A DNA stretch of 64,000 nucleotides from Nemertoderma westbladi (Eukaryota; Animalia; Xenacoelomorpha). Each line of letters starts with the position of its first letter. Within the stretch, counting starts at the first letter, position 1. The notes below the pieces were generated by a model. That model was given only the letters and a program-made list of their open reading frames with translations. It was not told the DNA's origin and searched no databases. Positions 34,801 to 48,186 of this stretch are shown piece by piece. Both the position numbers and the translations under genes were made by a program. Location of the stretch: contig JAUCBJ010003708.1 in NCBI GenBank assembly GCA_032718475.1, forward strand, positions 4,285 through 68,284. Reading direction: 5' to 3'.

Positions 34801-36939
34801 GGAGGCCCAGATGGGGTGCGGCCTCAGATATATAAGGATCTTGTCACCCCAACAAATGGCGAAGCTGGAGAACGCCTCCTGTCATCCCTAGCAAGGTTCG
34901 TTGATGTTACCATGGCGGGCAAGGTGCCAACTGCTATCCGGCCTATATTCTTTGGGGCAAACTTGTTTGCATTCAAGAAGAGTGGGCCGGGAATCCGTCC
35001 CATAGCTGTTGGGGTTACCCTTCGTCGTTTGTGTGGCAAGTTCTCTGGAACCTTAGCTGCAGAGAAACGGACAGAGTCATATGGATCGGTTCAGCTGGGT
35101 ATTGGCTGCAAGTTAGGTGCGGAGGGGGCTGCCCACGCAGTAAGGGCGCTGGTCAATGGGGAAAATCCGGCGGGTTTCGTGTTGCTAAAAATAGATTTTA
35201 GTAATGCATTCAACTCAATCCGCCGAGACTCAATGCTGGAGACTGTCCATGCTGCTCATCCCGCGATTTATAATTACACCCTTGCTGCCTATGGGGAGGC
35301 AACCTTTCTCCTTAATGGTGACCAAGTCCTACTCTCTGACGAGGGCGTACAACAAGGGGACACAGATGGCCCGCAGCTGTTCGGAGACACAGAAAACTCA
35401 ACCATCCAGGCATTGGAATCGGCTTTCAATGTCTGGTACCTGGACGATGGAAACCTAGCTGATGACCATCGGGTTGTGCTGAGGGACCTCTCAAGGTTGA
35501 TCGATGATGGGAGGAAACTTGGGCTGATGATTAACCCCACAAAGAGCGAGTTGTTTTTCTTGGGGCCCGAGACAGAAGAATCACGTGCCGAGATCCAGAT
35601 GGAGTTCGATGCTATCTGTGCCGGCATCCCATGCCCGCCGCTGGATCAGTTGACCATTCTTGGCGCCCCCATCGGAGAAGCTGCCATCGCCTCTTGCCTC
35701 ACAGCCAAGGTCGGCGACCTCACCACTCTAGTTAGCCGGCTTCCACTCCTTGACGCACATCACGGCTTTTTCCTCCTGAGGAACTCATTTGCCATACCCA
35801 GGCTGATGTACTTCCTTAGGGCTGCCCCATGTTTTAGGTTCCCCACCCTTCTTAGGGACTATGATCGAGTGCTTCGTGGTGCCCTTCAAGTGGTTGCCAA
35901 TACAGAAATTGGTGACCCAGCATGGGCCCAGGCTTGCCTACCAGCACGGGTTGGCGGTCTTGGTTTGGGATCAGCAGTGCAGCTCGCACCCTCTGCCTTC
36001 CTGGCTTCTGCGGCTGCATGTTCAACCCTTTCAAACCGCTTGTACCCTTCCGCAGGGATGCCGAGCCCAGCACGGGAATTAGCCATGACCATACGGAATG
36101 CGTCACTCCCCCCCGACTCAGCACCACCCACTGTGTCAACACAGAGGGTGTGGATGGCGCCCATCCATCAAGAAAGCCTCGCCACCCTCCGTCTTGTAGC
36201 TTCTACTCTCGACCTTGCTCGACTGAACTCCCTCGATCACCCGACCGCTGGCTGCTGGCTTGATGCTCTTCCTAGTGCAGCTCTGGGGCTAAAACTAAGC
36301 GATGCGCAGTTTCGAATTGCCATCGCCATTCGCCTTGGAGAAAAGGTGGTAGAGCCCCACATCTGCGACCGTTGTGGCAATCCAGTAGCGTCCAATGGTC
36401 TACATGGTCTCTCATGCCGGAGGAGCGCAGGCCGGTTCCCTCGCCACACCATGGTTAATGATATTGTGAGACGGGCATTGGTCAGCTGTGGGGTTCCCTC
36501 CATTCTGGAACCATCAGGACTCTGCCGCAATGACGGGAAGCGTGTAGACGGGGTGACACTTGTGCCTTGGTCCCAGGGTCGAATGCTAACCTGGGATGCC
36601 ACAGTGGTTGACCCCCTTGCCCCTAGTCACCGCCAACAGACGCTAATTGCAGGGGGTCGTGCTGCAGAGGGTGCCGAACAGGGAAAGAACTTGACATATG
36701 CGGAGGTGATGGAGCGGGGTCATATATTTCACCCTGTTGCGTTCGAGACCCTGGGGCGCCCCGGTCCGGAGACGTCCTCCTTCCTCCAGGAGATTGGGTC
36801 CCGTCTCCACACCATGACTCATGAGCCGCGCTCCCACAGGTTTCTACTTCAGCGTATCGTCATGGCCATTCTGGTGGGCAACGCGGCGTCTGTCCTGGCA
36901 ACTGCTGGCCCATCCCCTGGTGGACTCTTTGGGGATTAG
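31900..36939 (+). mobile_element. CRE-clade-like non-LTR retrotransposon ORF: zinc finger, RT, zinc knuckle, restriction-like endonuclease; true start codon uncertain
   Basis: CPVC...H...C finger at about 34060; RT motifs GIRPIAVG, KIDFSNAFNS, GVQQGD, WYLDDG, GGLGL; CDRCG...HGLSC...RH; DGKRVDG...WDAT nuclease; uninterrupted frame. Confidence 0.9.
31936..34050 (+). repeat. 30-bp minisatellite, about 70 diverged units, encoding VGESVPxVSG in frame with the retroelement ORF
   Basis: Consensus GGTGAGTCGGTTCCTCAAGTGTCTGGAGTC read directly. Confidence 0.95.
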
Positions 36940-37535
36940 GGCCCGGTCAGTAGCCTTTGCCGTAGCATACTCTAACGCAATGTTCAATGTATCGTATATT
37001 ACAATATTACTTTTAGTTTTATATTATATCATAGATAAACTAATAGACAAGAACTAATTAATTAATTAAATTAAAGATCACATTTTATTAGAAAACTAAA
37101 AAAAAAAAATTAGTCAACACATGTTGTGAATTACAATTAACAAACAGTAAAATAAGGATGCGAATTTTCATTCGTTGTAAAGGGCAAAAATTTACTTTTG
37201 AACCCAGAAAACGTTTATTGACAATAAAATAAAATAATAAATATAATAAAAGTAAAGGTAAATAAAGGTAATAAAACATTGTTGCGCGGGTGTAGCCAAC
37301 ATGTATTTTACACATTTTTGTGTGGTATTGTTAAATAATTTATAATAGTTTTTGAGTTATTAAAAAAAATCCCCTAAAGTCAAGTATCCCTCACTCACCC
37401 TAGGCCTACATAGGCTACTAATAAACTAAACATCTGCATTACCGCTACGTAAAAGTAACTGTCAACCCTTTACACAGTTACTGTAGTAAAGTTAATGTTT
37501 CGTACTTTAAGGTTTCCAGTTTCGGGTATTTTCAG

Positions 37536-40500
37536 GGTTCCTTTGTTGCGGCCTTTGCTCAAGCTAACGAGGGCGATGTGTCGCCGAATACACAAGGAGC
37601 CAAATGCATTGATACTGGAAAACCATGCGCGCGGAATAGCAGCACATGCAATGGCTTAGTAAGTGGCCCCTCTAAATATGATATTTTATAATATTGACTT
37701 TCTTTTAGCCATAGTAGCAGCCTCTGTTATGTATACTGTAGTTTGAATAAAAACCAAATACATTTAAATTTTTCTAATTTCATCCCAATAATTAAAGTTT
37801 AATGGCTTCTTTATCTAATTACAGAATGAGAAATGTATAGCATTTGGTCCAGGCAAAGATATGGTTGATTCTACAAGAATCATAGGAGAGAAGCAATATA
37901 ACAAAGCTGTCGAGCTGTTCAATGAACCCGGTAAATCTATACATGGACCAATCAAATCTAGACATAGATGGGTGGATATGGACCATCAGACCCTTGTTGT
38001 TAATGGAACCAAGGTGATATCAAATATATTTATTAGTATTTTTCACAATAAATAAAAACGTCATAAATTCTCCCGCGATATCCAAATATTTTATAACTAC
38101 TGTATAATTATTTGAAACCTAATTATTATTTACTTATAAAAACTACTACTACTGAGAAATTTCAAATGAAATAGTATGATTATATATAAAATATTTATAC
38201 ATATATTACAGTATCTAGTATCTGTATATAATACTCGATATACTATTGTACTACACAAATATAATTGTAGGGCCCTATATATTTTTTAGGTAGCAACCTG
38301 CAGTGGAGCTTTAGGTTACAGTTTCGCTGCAGGAACCACCGATGGTCCGGGTATGTTTGATTTTACTCAAGGTACAACCCAATCCAATCCGTTCTGGAAT
38401 ATCATTGTAAATCTAATAAAGAAACCATCAGAGGAACAGAAACGATGTCATCACCCGAAACCAATACTGTTGGATATCGGCGAGGTTAAGCTTATTTTTA
38501 TGACCCAACTTTCAAACACAACTGTAGTGCCACCCTTTCTGCTAGTTGGGTGACCTAATACTATTAGGTTCCTACAGTACTTTGATCCATACTAAAAGTT
38601 AACTCACACACTTACACTTTAATTGGGGCGAGCCATGAAGTATGTGTCCTAATACACAGGCTTCAGTGTGCTCGATCAAATTAGTTAAAATATATGTTTT
38701 CAAACTTCATTGTACGCAAAGTCCCCACAACGAGCTAACCGCAATATAGTTCCTGGCCTAAAACACCAAGTTATGTGGCTGTTCTTATTCAATGTTTCAT
38801 ACATGCATTTTATTTTGTGATAGACATACTGTACAGTACTACAGTACTGTATAACTGGGTGGTGTTTCCAAGGCACTCATTTAGGCCTGCGAACGTTATG
38901 TACTGTAGGTCTGCTGTGCTCACGGTTCACCGTACAGTATATATTTACTATATATTTAGTTACTAATACAGTACCAGGTCAAGCGAGCTACATTACAAGG
39001 ATATAATGACAATGATATATAGGCCTACAGTTTTTATTGCGAATGTTTTATGTTTTTAGGTAACAGTACCTTATGCTTGGAGTCCAGCTATCGTAGACAC
39101 GCAGATTTTACAAATTGGTAACCTCGCTATATTGGCTGTTCCTGGGGAATTTACCACTATGTCAGGTTTGTGAGAGTTGTGGTTTATTGTGTATTAATTA
39201 TACGGATATTTACAATATTTTAAATAAAAATCCCACCAATACTAACGACTAACGAGATATTATGTGAGGAATGCCTCTAAAAAAATTGGGTGGCCTGGAA
39301 AATGTTTAAATAACTCAATAGGGCGAATCTTTCCAGTAAACTTGTGATACGCAACTATATTAAAAAAAATATATATATAAGAAGAAAATATTTCGGTTAA
39401 ATATATACTTTTTAACACAAATTAACTAATGTTTAAAACAGGAAGAAGGCTTCGAGACCAGGTTAAACAGACATTTGATGCGTCGAGTCACTCAAATATA
39501 ACTGAAGTTGTAATTGCGGGACTGTCAAATACTTACGCTGATTACATAACCACCTACGAAGAATACCAGGTAAAGCAAGTTGTAAACGATACCTGGACAA
39601 CCTATAGCCGAAAATCACAGCTGACAAGAGTTAATACGAACAAAAATAATACTGGAACCTGCACCTTATCTGTGCCGTATATTATTTTATTTTATTACTT
39701 GCCACTGTAACCTGCTCTTTTCCATTAACATTTATAACGGCAGTCAGTTGGGGTTGTCTGCTGTCTGATTACTTGATCTTTACATATATATGTGTTCGCT
39801 ACGTAACGTGTCGTTCGCCACACGTTGCCGGTCGCGTTCGTTAGGATTTTGTATAACTTCTGGATTGGGGAGATAACCGTTAGATCTATAGGATTGATAA
39901 AATAGGGATTACTGAAAATGTAGTGAAGGCCTACAGTTACCGCTTGAGTGGCTTGAGGCTACACTCGCATAGGGGCCTATGGAATAATCGTCTGAAAACC
40001 AGGAGGTAAGGGGTAGATACAAGGTGGATTCCGCAGTAGACGGATAATTCGTTACTGTTATCCCTTTAAATAAATGGTGCAGTTCATCCACATGTGATGT
40101 TTAACTTCCATATATTTACCGTAATTCAACTTTATTATTCTTTTAGATACAAAGATACGAAGGTGCATCAACTATAAATGGACCTCATACTCTCAGCGCT
40201 TATATTAAAAACTTCCAATATCTCGCAGAAAAATTGTCCAAGGTAACAATAACTTTTAACTTTAAATTATCGCAAAACTTTTTGCCGAATAAGCAATGTG
40301 TTACGTACGAACTATAGTTTAGAGTATGATGTCTGACCTGACCTGAACCGGAACTGAACAGGTGTTCTGGGTCAATGACTCAGAAAACTTGCCACCTCCA
40401 TGCAGCATAAAGGAGGTGCCACCTGTGGCCGCATAGACCCTCTTACTAAGGCAAATCTGCTCGTGTAATTAGGACCCCCTTTGTTCTGAGATAAGGATTC

Positions 40501-43500
40501 CCTTGGTCCTGGATTATCCTTGATTATATATACTTGGCTGCAGGGGTATATAGCCTGGACAGGCAGATGGTGATCTACCAATGGCTGGTCAGGAGTAGAG
40601 TGTTCTCATGTCCACTCTGAGTGCACTTCGCTGTGACCTGCACCTGGCAGCAGGGATACAGGGCATGGCCCAGCAGATAAGCTGCACAGCCAATGGTGGG
40701 TCATGTGCGTCAGAGTAGGTATGGGTGATGGGCCTCATATCTGACTCCACTGCGACACCCACCCTGTGGAATGGCAAACCAGGGTGTGGTATTAGCCCCG
40801 AGAACTGTCTCGGCAAAAAAGCACCCCCCAACCACCACTATGGATTACATTAGTAATGCGGGGTCCTGTCACGGTCACCAGAAGCCAGTGGAACTACCGG
40901 ACACAATTAATAGGCCTCACAGGCGTCAGTTATATCCTGACCGGCTGCCTGTCTCAGCCCCTACTGGAGAGAGAGAGCGGCCAACATTTCTGTGAGTCCC
41001 TTTACTGGGGAATTCCTTCGACTAATACTCTCCTAGTTTTGGTACAACCTTAATTCTAAATAATAATGTTAGCTTGTCCAGCTTTAGAAAGATACTATTT
41101 TGGATATCATTGTGCAATGAAGATAAGATCGCATTGCATTATATTATATTACATTACAGTTCCAGGCATTGCATTGCATTGCATTACATGACAGTGCAGT
41201 TAGATGTTGAGCATATTATTCCTATATTTATTCATTATTATGGTGGTTCCCGGCAATGTTGTATTATATTTTTGACGTTAATATTTGATTGTTTCTGAAC
41301 TAGAATTTATTGGTCGTAAATATCAGATAATAGTTATATATTATTGGAACAAGAGGGAGTTTTGTAGGAAAGCTTACCCGATTCCACTCCACTAACCTGT
41401 CGATACTACTACTAGGATCGGCATGCTGCATTGCAGCTGCATTTTTAAGAATGCTGTGCCGGCTTATCGACAAAATTGCACCGCCACAACTCCTTATCAC
41501 CCATGACATTTGCTAGATCATCCGCATCTTTAAGGCCAGTGTCCTTTAAGATGCGTCTCAAGAAAGTCATGGGCTGTCCACCATGCTTATTCACTCCATG
41601 AGGCTGCCAAAGTACAAGATTATGCACTGGCTGGTCCTCACGGCGAAAGCAATGTCCTGCAAAGCGGAGGCGATTTTGTTCTAGTGTCAAGCTTGGGGGA
41701 ACCAATGAGACACCTCCAATGTTATATAGTGTCTGGTTGGAGATGTGTGCATTGTACTTGACACAATGAACCCGGCGTAGCATTCTTGTGAATGTGCCAT
41801 CCAGAAATTTGGTGTCCTCAGCAGTTAGAGCCCAGCATGGACTCCCATAGAGGAGTACTGGAACTACTGCTGCTCTTAATAATCGGACCTTAAGTTTCCG
41901 ATTAATTCTCGGTGACTTCCAAATCCTGGAAAGCCTATTCAAGGCTGCCCATGCCTTTCCCTTACGTATTCGAAGGTCCTCACCTGACTTCCGGATCCAT
42001 GATCCCAGGTAACAGAAGTCATCCACATGCTCAAGCATACCATCTTTTGAGCTTATGCTCATCCGATCAGAGACTTGCTGAGGACTTTCAAAGTTAACTG
42101 TCAATTACCCTGGGTAATCAGGGAGGCCAGATTGTGAGGGGGGAAGGGATTCTGGAGTTGGAGGCTACTCTCACGTTCCACACCGACCAACCAAACCTTT
42201 GATGAACCTTGAGACAAGTTACTAGACTAGCCTCAGTAACATCCTAGCTAACACCACCCAATGCGACAAGGCGAGCTCACTGTGCCCTGGCAGATAAGCT
42301 TTCCCTCAGCGCAGTGGGGATTCAAGATCACCGAATGCGGACTGGACAGACTGATGAGGTTCTGATTAAGGACATGGGGGCGGTTGGTGACTCGCCTTCG
42401 CATCAGCAAATGATACAGTGGTAATGGTGGGTTTGGTCTATTGATGAATCCAACTGCACATGCAGCATTGGACAAAATAGACCAAATTTCCAACCGCATC
42501 ATCCGCTGCCATTCCTCATGTTCTGGAAGACTGGCTAAGAAGTTTCCGTGTGAGAAATAGTGTTTCTGATTTTGTGCTACTCTCCACCTAGTGTTGCCCC
42601 TGTAGAGGATGTGGAAAATTTCTACCACAATCTACAAGCAGCTACTGATGGAGTGGATCAGCATGCATTCTTAACTTTCCTGAGTGACTTTAATGCAAGT
42701 CAGCGTCACTCATCCGCATCGCCCTGGGTCTATAGCAATAGTGTTAACCGAGGTTCCATCCATCTTCAGGATTTTATCTCTGGAAATTGACTGTTTTCGG
42801 CTGGAACTCAGTTCAACATGCGTACTGGAAAGCTATGAACTCACACTATAGCCTACAATGTAGCCTACATTGTAGTTATAGGTCCCTCGTCGTGGGCCAT
42901 ATGATTGGCCTATTTGAAATTCAACCGTCCATTGCGATATGTAACGTTAGTCTTGGATTGTTCTAAATTAGAAAAACACTAGTAAAACAGAAAAACATAG
43001 GGAAAACACTGTAAAACATCCGGAAAATAGTGAAAATCTGGATCAACTGGAAATTTAACCCATGTACTACTCTAAATTAGTAGTAATCCTAAATGTACTC
43101 CTCGTACAGAACACCCTAAATAATCACAGTAAAACATTAACAACTATATTTAGAACGAACCAGTAACTCCTGGTCCACAACCCCCCAACCTTCTACCTCA
43201 CCAACTGTCGTTCATACCTCCGGTCCTCTACGATCATGCTCCCTTCGGGAAATCATTTGGTGACGTCACATCCCAACCAAATCCAACGTATTCAGCGTAA
43301 GTACACTCTATACCAATATATTTAATTTATACAATTTTTATCACCCGCTAATATATAGTGACTATATTTATACAAAATTCTCAGAAAAAATTATGTTTGC
43401 GCAATTATGATTATGGTTTACGAATATAAGCGTATACGAATATACGAATATAATCTCATTCCGAAACAAAACATTTGATTTTCTTTAACTTTAGAAATGA

Positions 43501-44316
43501 AATACTACAAATTATACGGTTACCAATTGCGTGGGTATCTATTATCCGGTTAAAATTATTGTCAGAGTACCTCCAATTCTTTGGTTATGACCAGCAACCA
43601 AACTATTGTCAGGGTGCGAATTAAACGGTACAAATTATACCGGAATGGTTTGTCTAAAACATAAACACCACTTTGTAGACGAATTGTCTACGAAATTTAC
43701 AGCGAGCATATTTTAATATTGAAATATTTCAAATTCTAATATTTTAGTGGACAAACAGTGGAGGCAGTGTTTGTTAGCGGTAACCCTAGAAACTCATTAC
43801 ATAACCCATCAACGTACCTAACAGTAGAACGTCAGCAATCTGATGGCTCTTGGGCTGTTCTATACAACGATGGGTCCTGGGAAACCTGGTTAGTTAAACA
43901 AAAATTTAATTTTTAATTTTGTACATTTTTTACTAATATAAGCAATGTATTATTATTGCAATGTGAGAAAAATATTTGAGAAAATCGAATATTACCAAAT
44001 TTAAAGCTGTCTCTGATATTTTAGTAATTGTTATTGCTAGATATTTAATTTTAAAATAATTAGGCCTACATTAATTTTAATTATCTTTTCTGATGACGAT
44101 TAGCAACCTAATTAAGGCGCCTAATTAAATTATTTTAGGTTTCACTGGAAGATTACTTCATTTATACTGGGTGAGAGCGAAATCACAGTAACATGGAATA
44201 TTCCAGAACACAACCCGCCTGGTCTGTATAGGATCACCCACAACGGATATTATAAGAACATATTCCAATATAAGTATCCGTATAAGGGTATAACCAATAC
44301 CTTTAATGTTCAATAA
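37536..44316 (+). CDS. ASAH2: Neutral ceramidase, C-terminal 432 aa in 9 exons; N-terminal exons not found in the window
   Basis: Exons 37536-37658, 37825-38013, 38290-38484, 39060-39165, 39442-39569, 40147-40242, 43154-43296, 43748-43888, 44139-44316; all GT-AG and in phase; motifs NEGDVSPN, GYSFAAGTTDGPG, VPGEFTTMSGRR, YITTYEEYQIQRYEGAST, GNPRN. Confidence 0.92.
40331..41050 (-). mobile_element. Interspersed repeat, probably a non-autonomous RTE-related retroposon; partial inverted copy at 46905-47190
   Basis: About 290 bp closely matches the reverse complement of 46905-47190; short-repeat tail (TCAGG)-like at 40331-40360 on the minus strand. Classification is inference. Confidence 0.55.
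41404..42104 (-). mobile_element. RTE-type LINE 3' fragment (RT C-terminus)
   Basis: LEHVDDFCYLGS...RKGKAW...LLYGS..W...RLRFAGHCFR; short (TAG)n tail near 41404-41413. Confidence 0.85.
42106..42840 (+). mobile_element. Degenerate LINE 5' fragment (APE endonuclease) in opposite orientation
   Basis: Frameshifted GGFGLLMN...QISNRII...CYSP...FYHNL...LSDFNA, matching APE motifs GVG, YAP and GDFNA. Confidence 0.7.
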
Positions 44317-45459
44317 CTTCAACCTGAAATTAATTGACAACTCGTAACAATTACTTTCGTAAATAATATTTATTATAGGTCAAATAATGTATTTCTTCGG
44401 AAAACCATTATCCATAAATTTGGTATTGATAATATCAGCTTATCTATACAGTAAATTACTTCACGGTTGAATTCAGAAACTCTACGCAGGTTACGGGTAT
44501 AGTTTATTATAATATACTGTATGTATTTATCTATAAACCTTATTACTTAATTACCAAAATTACCAAGTCATTATTAAATTTATAATGTTTTGTCGTCAAT
44601 ATTTGTATCGTAATTTGATGATGTAATATAGTAATGTAGTTATCCAACATATTCAACAAATTGTTTGCTAATATATATGTTGTTAATTTAATTTTTAAAA
44701 TGATATTAATATAAATAATAATTAACGGTGGGAATACGTTAAAATTCGCAGGGAGTGATCGCTCTACCGAAATTTCTGCCAGATTGCAGGGTTTTCTTCT
44801 TGGTTGCTCCTATAGTGGTGATAGGATGTTGTCACTCCAAGCCCATCACTATTAAACCACTCTTAGTCTGTTTGTTTGAAAGAACGCTCAATAAATGTGA
44901 TGTAATGTTTTGTTTAGTTAATTAATTCAATAATTAATTATGTTTGAAATGATGAAGAAGCTTATGTACTAGATATGTACAGCTGATTATATAAATATCA
45001 AAATAATTGGTATCATAAAGTTGGGGTATCGCTGATACGCTACAGAACTAACTTATAATTATCGTGATAAATATTAATTTACAGTTTTCCTAACCTGATA
45101 ACACAATTTATTGCGTCGAAAGTATATGTACCCCTTATTTGTATTCTTATGATTTTTGTTCAACTGTAGGCCTACTGTAATATGGCGGACCATCCCCCGA
45201 ACCCCAATCATGTACTGTATTTAGATAAATATTCACTAAAAAAATTTTAACAAATAAATTTACACTAAACTATATTATTAAAATAATAAGATATGTAGAA
45301 CTCCGGATCAATTAGTGGGTGTGACAGAATCGTTTTTTTCCGATTTCAAATTTGATTGATAGCTATTTGAGAAAAGTATCTTTGTCGAGACAGGAAAGTA
45401 AAAGTAAAGTAAATTAAAGAACATTTTTTTCGGCCACTAGGCCAAGGATTACGCACAAA

Positions 45460-45966
45460 GTCTGACGACTTATTTACAGTGCGGTCCGGTCCCCCCAGAA
45501 CTTTATTCCCCTCCCCAGAGGAAACTCCAGTACTCATTTAGCTACCACTTAAGGATGCAAGGCAGAGATAATAATAATAATAATAATATTGGTTATTTAT
45601 ATAGCGCTTTATTATGCTCGGCATACTCAAAGCGCTTTTATTATCATTACCCCAGCAAAGCCAGGTTCCCATTATACCGCTGGGTTGGCGTAGGCACTAA
45701 TGTCTAAAGTGTCTTGCCTAGGGACACAACAGTGCGAAATTTCTACAGCCTTTAGTCGGATTCGAACCTGCGCCACCAAACACTATTGTGTAAGCAGTTC
45801 AGGCGCCATATCCACTCGGACACTGCGACATTTAAGATCATCATAGATGCGTCCTGGCTGGTCCCTTTAAAGCATTCGTGCCGAAACGAAAACTGCCCTG
45901 GCCCATGTGAGGATCGAACCCACGACCTACGGGAGATGTGAATTCAATGCAACCACTACACCAAGG
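45460..45966 (-). mobile_element. tRNA-derived SINE interrupted by the younger SINE; 3' boundary approximate
   Basis: Minus strand A box TGGTGTAGTGG and B box GGTTCGATCC at 45900-45965. Confidence 0.55.
45568..45829 (-). mobile_element. tRNA-derived CORE-like SINE nested in another SINE
   Basis: Minus strand A box AGTGTCCGAGTGG, B box GGTTCGAATCC, core-like TGTGTCCCTAGGCAAGACACTT, AAAGCGCT tail motif and (ATT)n tail. Confidence 0.75.
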
Positions 45967-46094
45967 TAGAGACAGGGGGGGGGGGGGGGGGGGGGGAATG
46001 GACGCAAATCCCATCTTGGCGAATTAATATCCCGTCTCAATATTAAATTCTCAATTTAGGGAAATGAGCAGGTTACAGTGGCACGTTATTTTAA

Positions 46095-47737
46095 CCTTCC
46101 CATTTACAACGACCCCGGTGACATAAATCTCTAATTTCTTTCTTCAATAGTTGTATGTGGGGTTCTGAACTTTACAGTACCTTCCTAGCATATGTAATAA
46201 TTATATGAATAACAATGAATATTTGTTTTGCTTAGCTATTTGAAATAAAAATACACACATCTTTTTGAGCTACACAAGCTGTCAATAATGACCAATAATA
46301 CTGGGGTCAATAATGACCCCACTGATAAAATCGAATACCGGTTAGTGTTAGGTGCATCACCTGCCCCTTTTTTCGAAATTGGTGTTCTAGATAGTTTTAT
46401 TTTGTTACATTCCCCAAAAAAGAGTTACACGCCAAAATTTATAAAAATTTGACAATGTCTAGAGGGTCCACACTCACACTCACACTAAGCACATGGCCAG
46501 TTACCGCCCTTGGCGCATGTGAGTCATATGATGCTCATTTGAACCGCAATGACCGATTTAGTTGGTGTAGACACTTTCAAAACAAGCATAAAGCGAATAG
46601 TTTTTGAGATATTGCAGAAAATGTGAAGTGCGGCATAAGTCAACATTAGTAGCGCCTTGATGCGATATTGATAAATTCACTAACAATGATACTTCTAATT
46701 ATCTCGAGGCGTCCAGAATTTACACATAACTGCAACGATCAATTTAGGTGATGTTGACACTCTAAAAATATTTAGTTGAGTGATTAGTTTTGATTGATTG
46801 ATTGATTGATTGAGTTCTCGAGTTATTGTACAAAATGTAAAGGCTAGGTCCACCACAATTGATGAACTTTTATTTTGAGTTGACCTAGTCCAGCTCTCGG
46901 GGCAAATACCACAGGGTGGGTGTCGCAGTGGAGTCAGATATGAGGCCCATCACCCATATCTACTCTGGCGCACATGACCCACCATTGGCTGTGCAGCTCC
47001 TCAGCTGGGTCATGCCCTGTACCCCTGCTGCCAGGTGCAGGTCGCAGTGAAGTGTACTCAGAGTGGACATGAGAACACTCTACTCCTGACCAGCCATTGG
47101 TAGATCACCATCTGCCTGGCCAGGCCATATACCCCTGCAGCCAAGTATAGGGGTCCTTAATCCAGGACCAACGGCGTCCTTATCCCAGAACGATAGAACC
47201 TAGTCCAGACATTTTGTTCAATAACCCTAAATTTCCCCTAAATCTACATCCCCTAAATTGATCATTACAGTTATGTCAATTTTGGATGCCTTGAGATAAT
47301 TAGAAGTATCATTTTTAGTGTATTTGTCAATATCGACTTCACAATTTCTGCAATATCTCAAAAACTATTCGCTCTATGCTTGTTTTGAAGGTGTCTACAC
47401 CAAGTAAATCTGTAATTGGGGTTCTAATCAGCATAATATCAATGCAGTAGGAAAATTAAAAGTTGATCATCACAAAACTGGGGAATATGAGAATATGACA
47501 CACTTGCGCCAAGAGCGGGAACTGGCGGGCTTAGTGTGAGTGTGGACCCTCTAACATTGTTCAATTTTCATAAAACTTGGCACGGGACACTATTTTGTGG
47601 AGTGTAAAAAAATAAAGACATGAGGAAACTGTAGGCCTACCATATATATATTGGGGGAAAAATCACATTCAACTGAATGGGGTCAGAAACGACCCCAGGT
47701 GGTGGAAATGGCACTTTAGCACGTGTACATAGGAAGG
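46095..47737. mobile_element. piggyBac-like non-autonomous DNA element with long internal inverted repeats
   Basis: TTAA|CCTTCCCATTTACA...TGTACATAGGAAGG|TTAA; about 46430-46715 is an inverted match to about 47280-47585. Confidence 0.6.
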
Positions 47738-47892
47738 TTAACCAAAACAATAAACTAAACACAATAGAACAGGTTACAGTTTTATTTTTGAGTGTAATCA
47801 GCTGTTATTTGCGTCCAATTTCCCCTGGAGAGGGATGAATGTTTTTTGCGTCCAGTTTCCTCCCCCCCCCCTATCTGGGAAATTCAGAGCGC

Positions 47893-48186
47893 GGAAGGAT
47901 TTACTGTGGTAGATCACCCATGGTGGTGAACAGGCATTCCTTTAGGAAACCGAGTGGAAGGGTTTAATGTGGAAGATCACCCATGGTGGTGAACAGGCAT
48001 TCCTTTAAGAAACAGAGTGGAAGGGTTTACTGTGGAAGATCACCCATGGTGGTGAATAGGCATTCCTTTAGGAAACCGAGTGGAAGGGTTTACTGTGGAA
48101 GATCACCTATGGTGGTGAACAGGCATTCCTTTAGGAAACATAATGGAAGGGTTTACTGTGGAAGATCACCTATGGTGTTGAACAGG
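47893..48186. repeat. 63-bp minisatellite, about 4.5 copies
   Basis: GGTTTACTGTGGAAGATCACCCATGGTGGTGAACAGGCATTCCTTTAGGAAACCGAGTGGAAG repeated. Confidence 0.9.

Noticed and set aside
45790-45966. tRNA genes
   Set aside because: A and B boxes are present but there is no complete cloverleaf, and SINE bodies follow.
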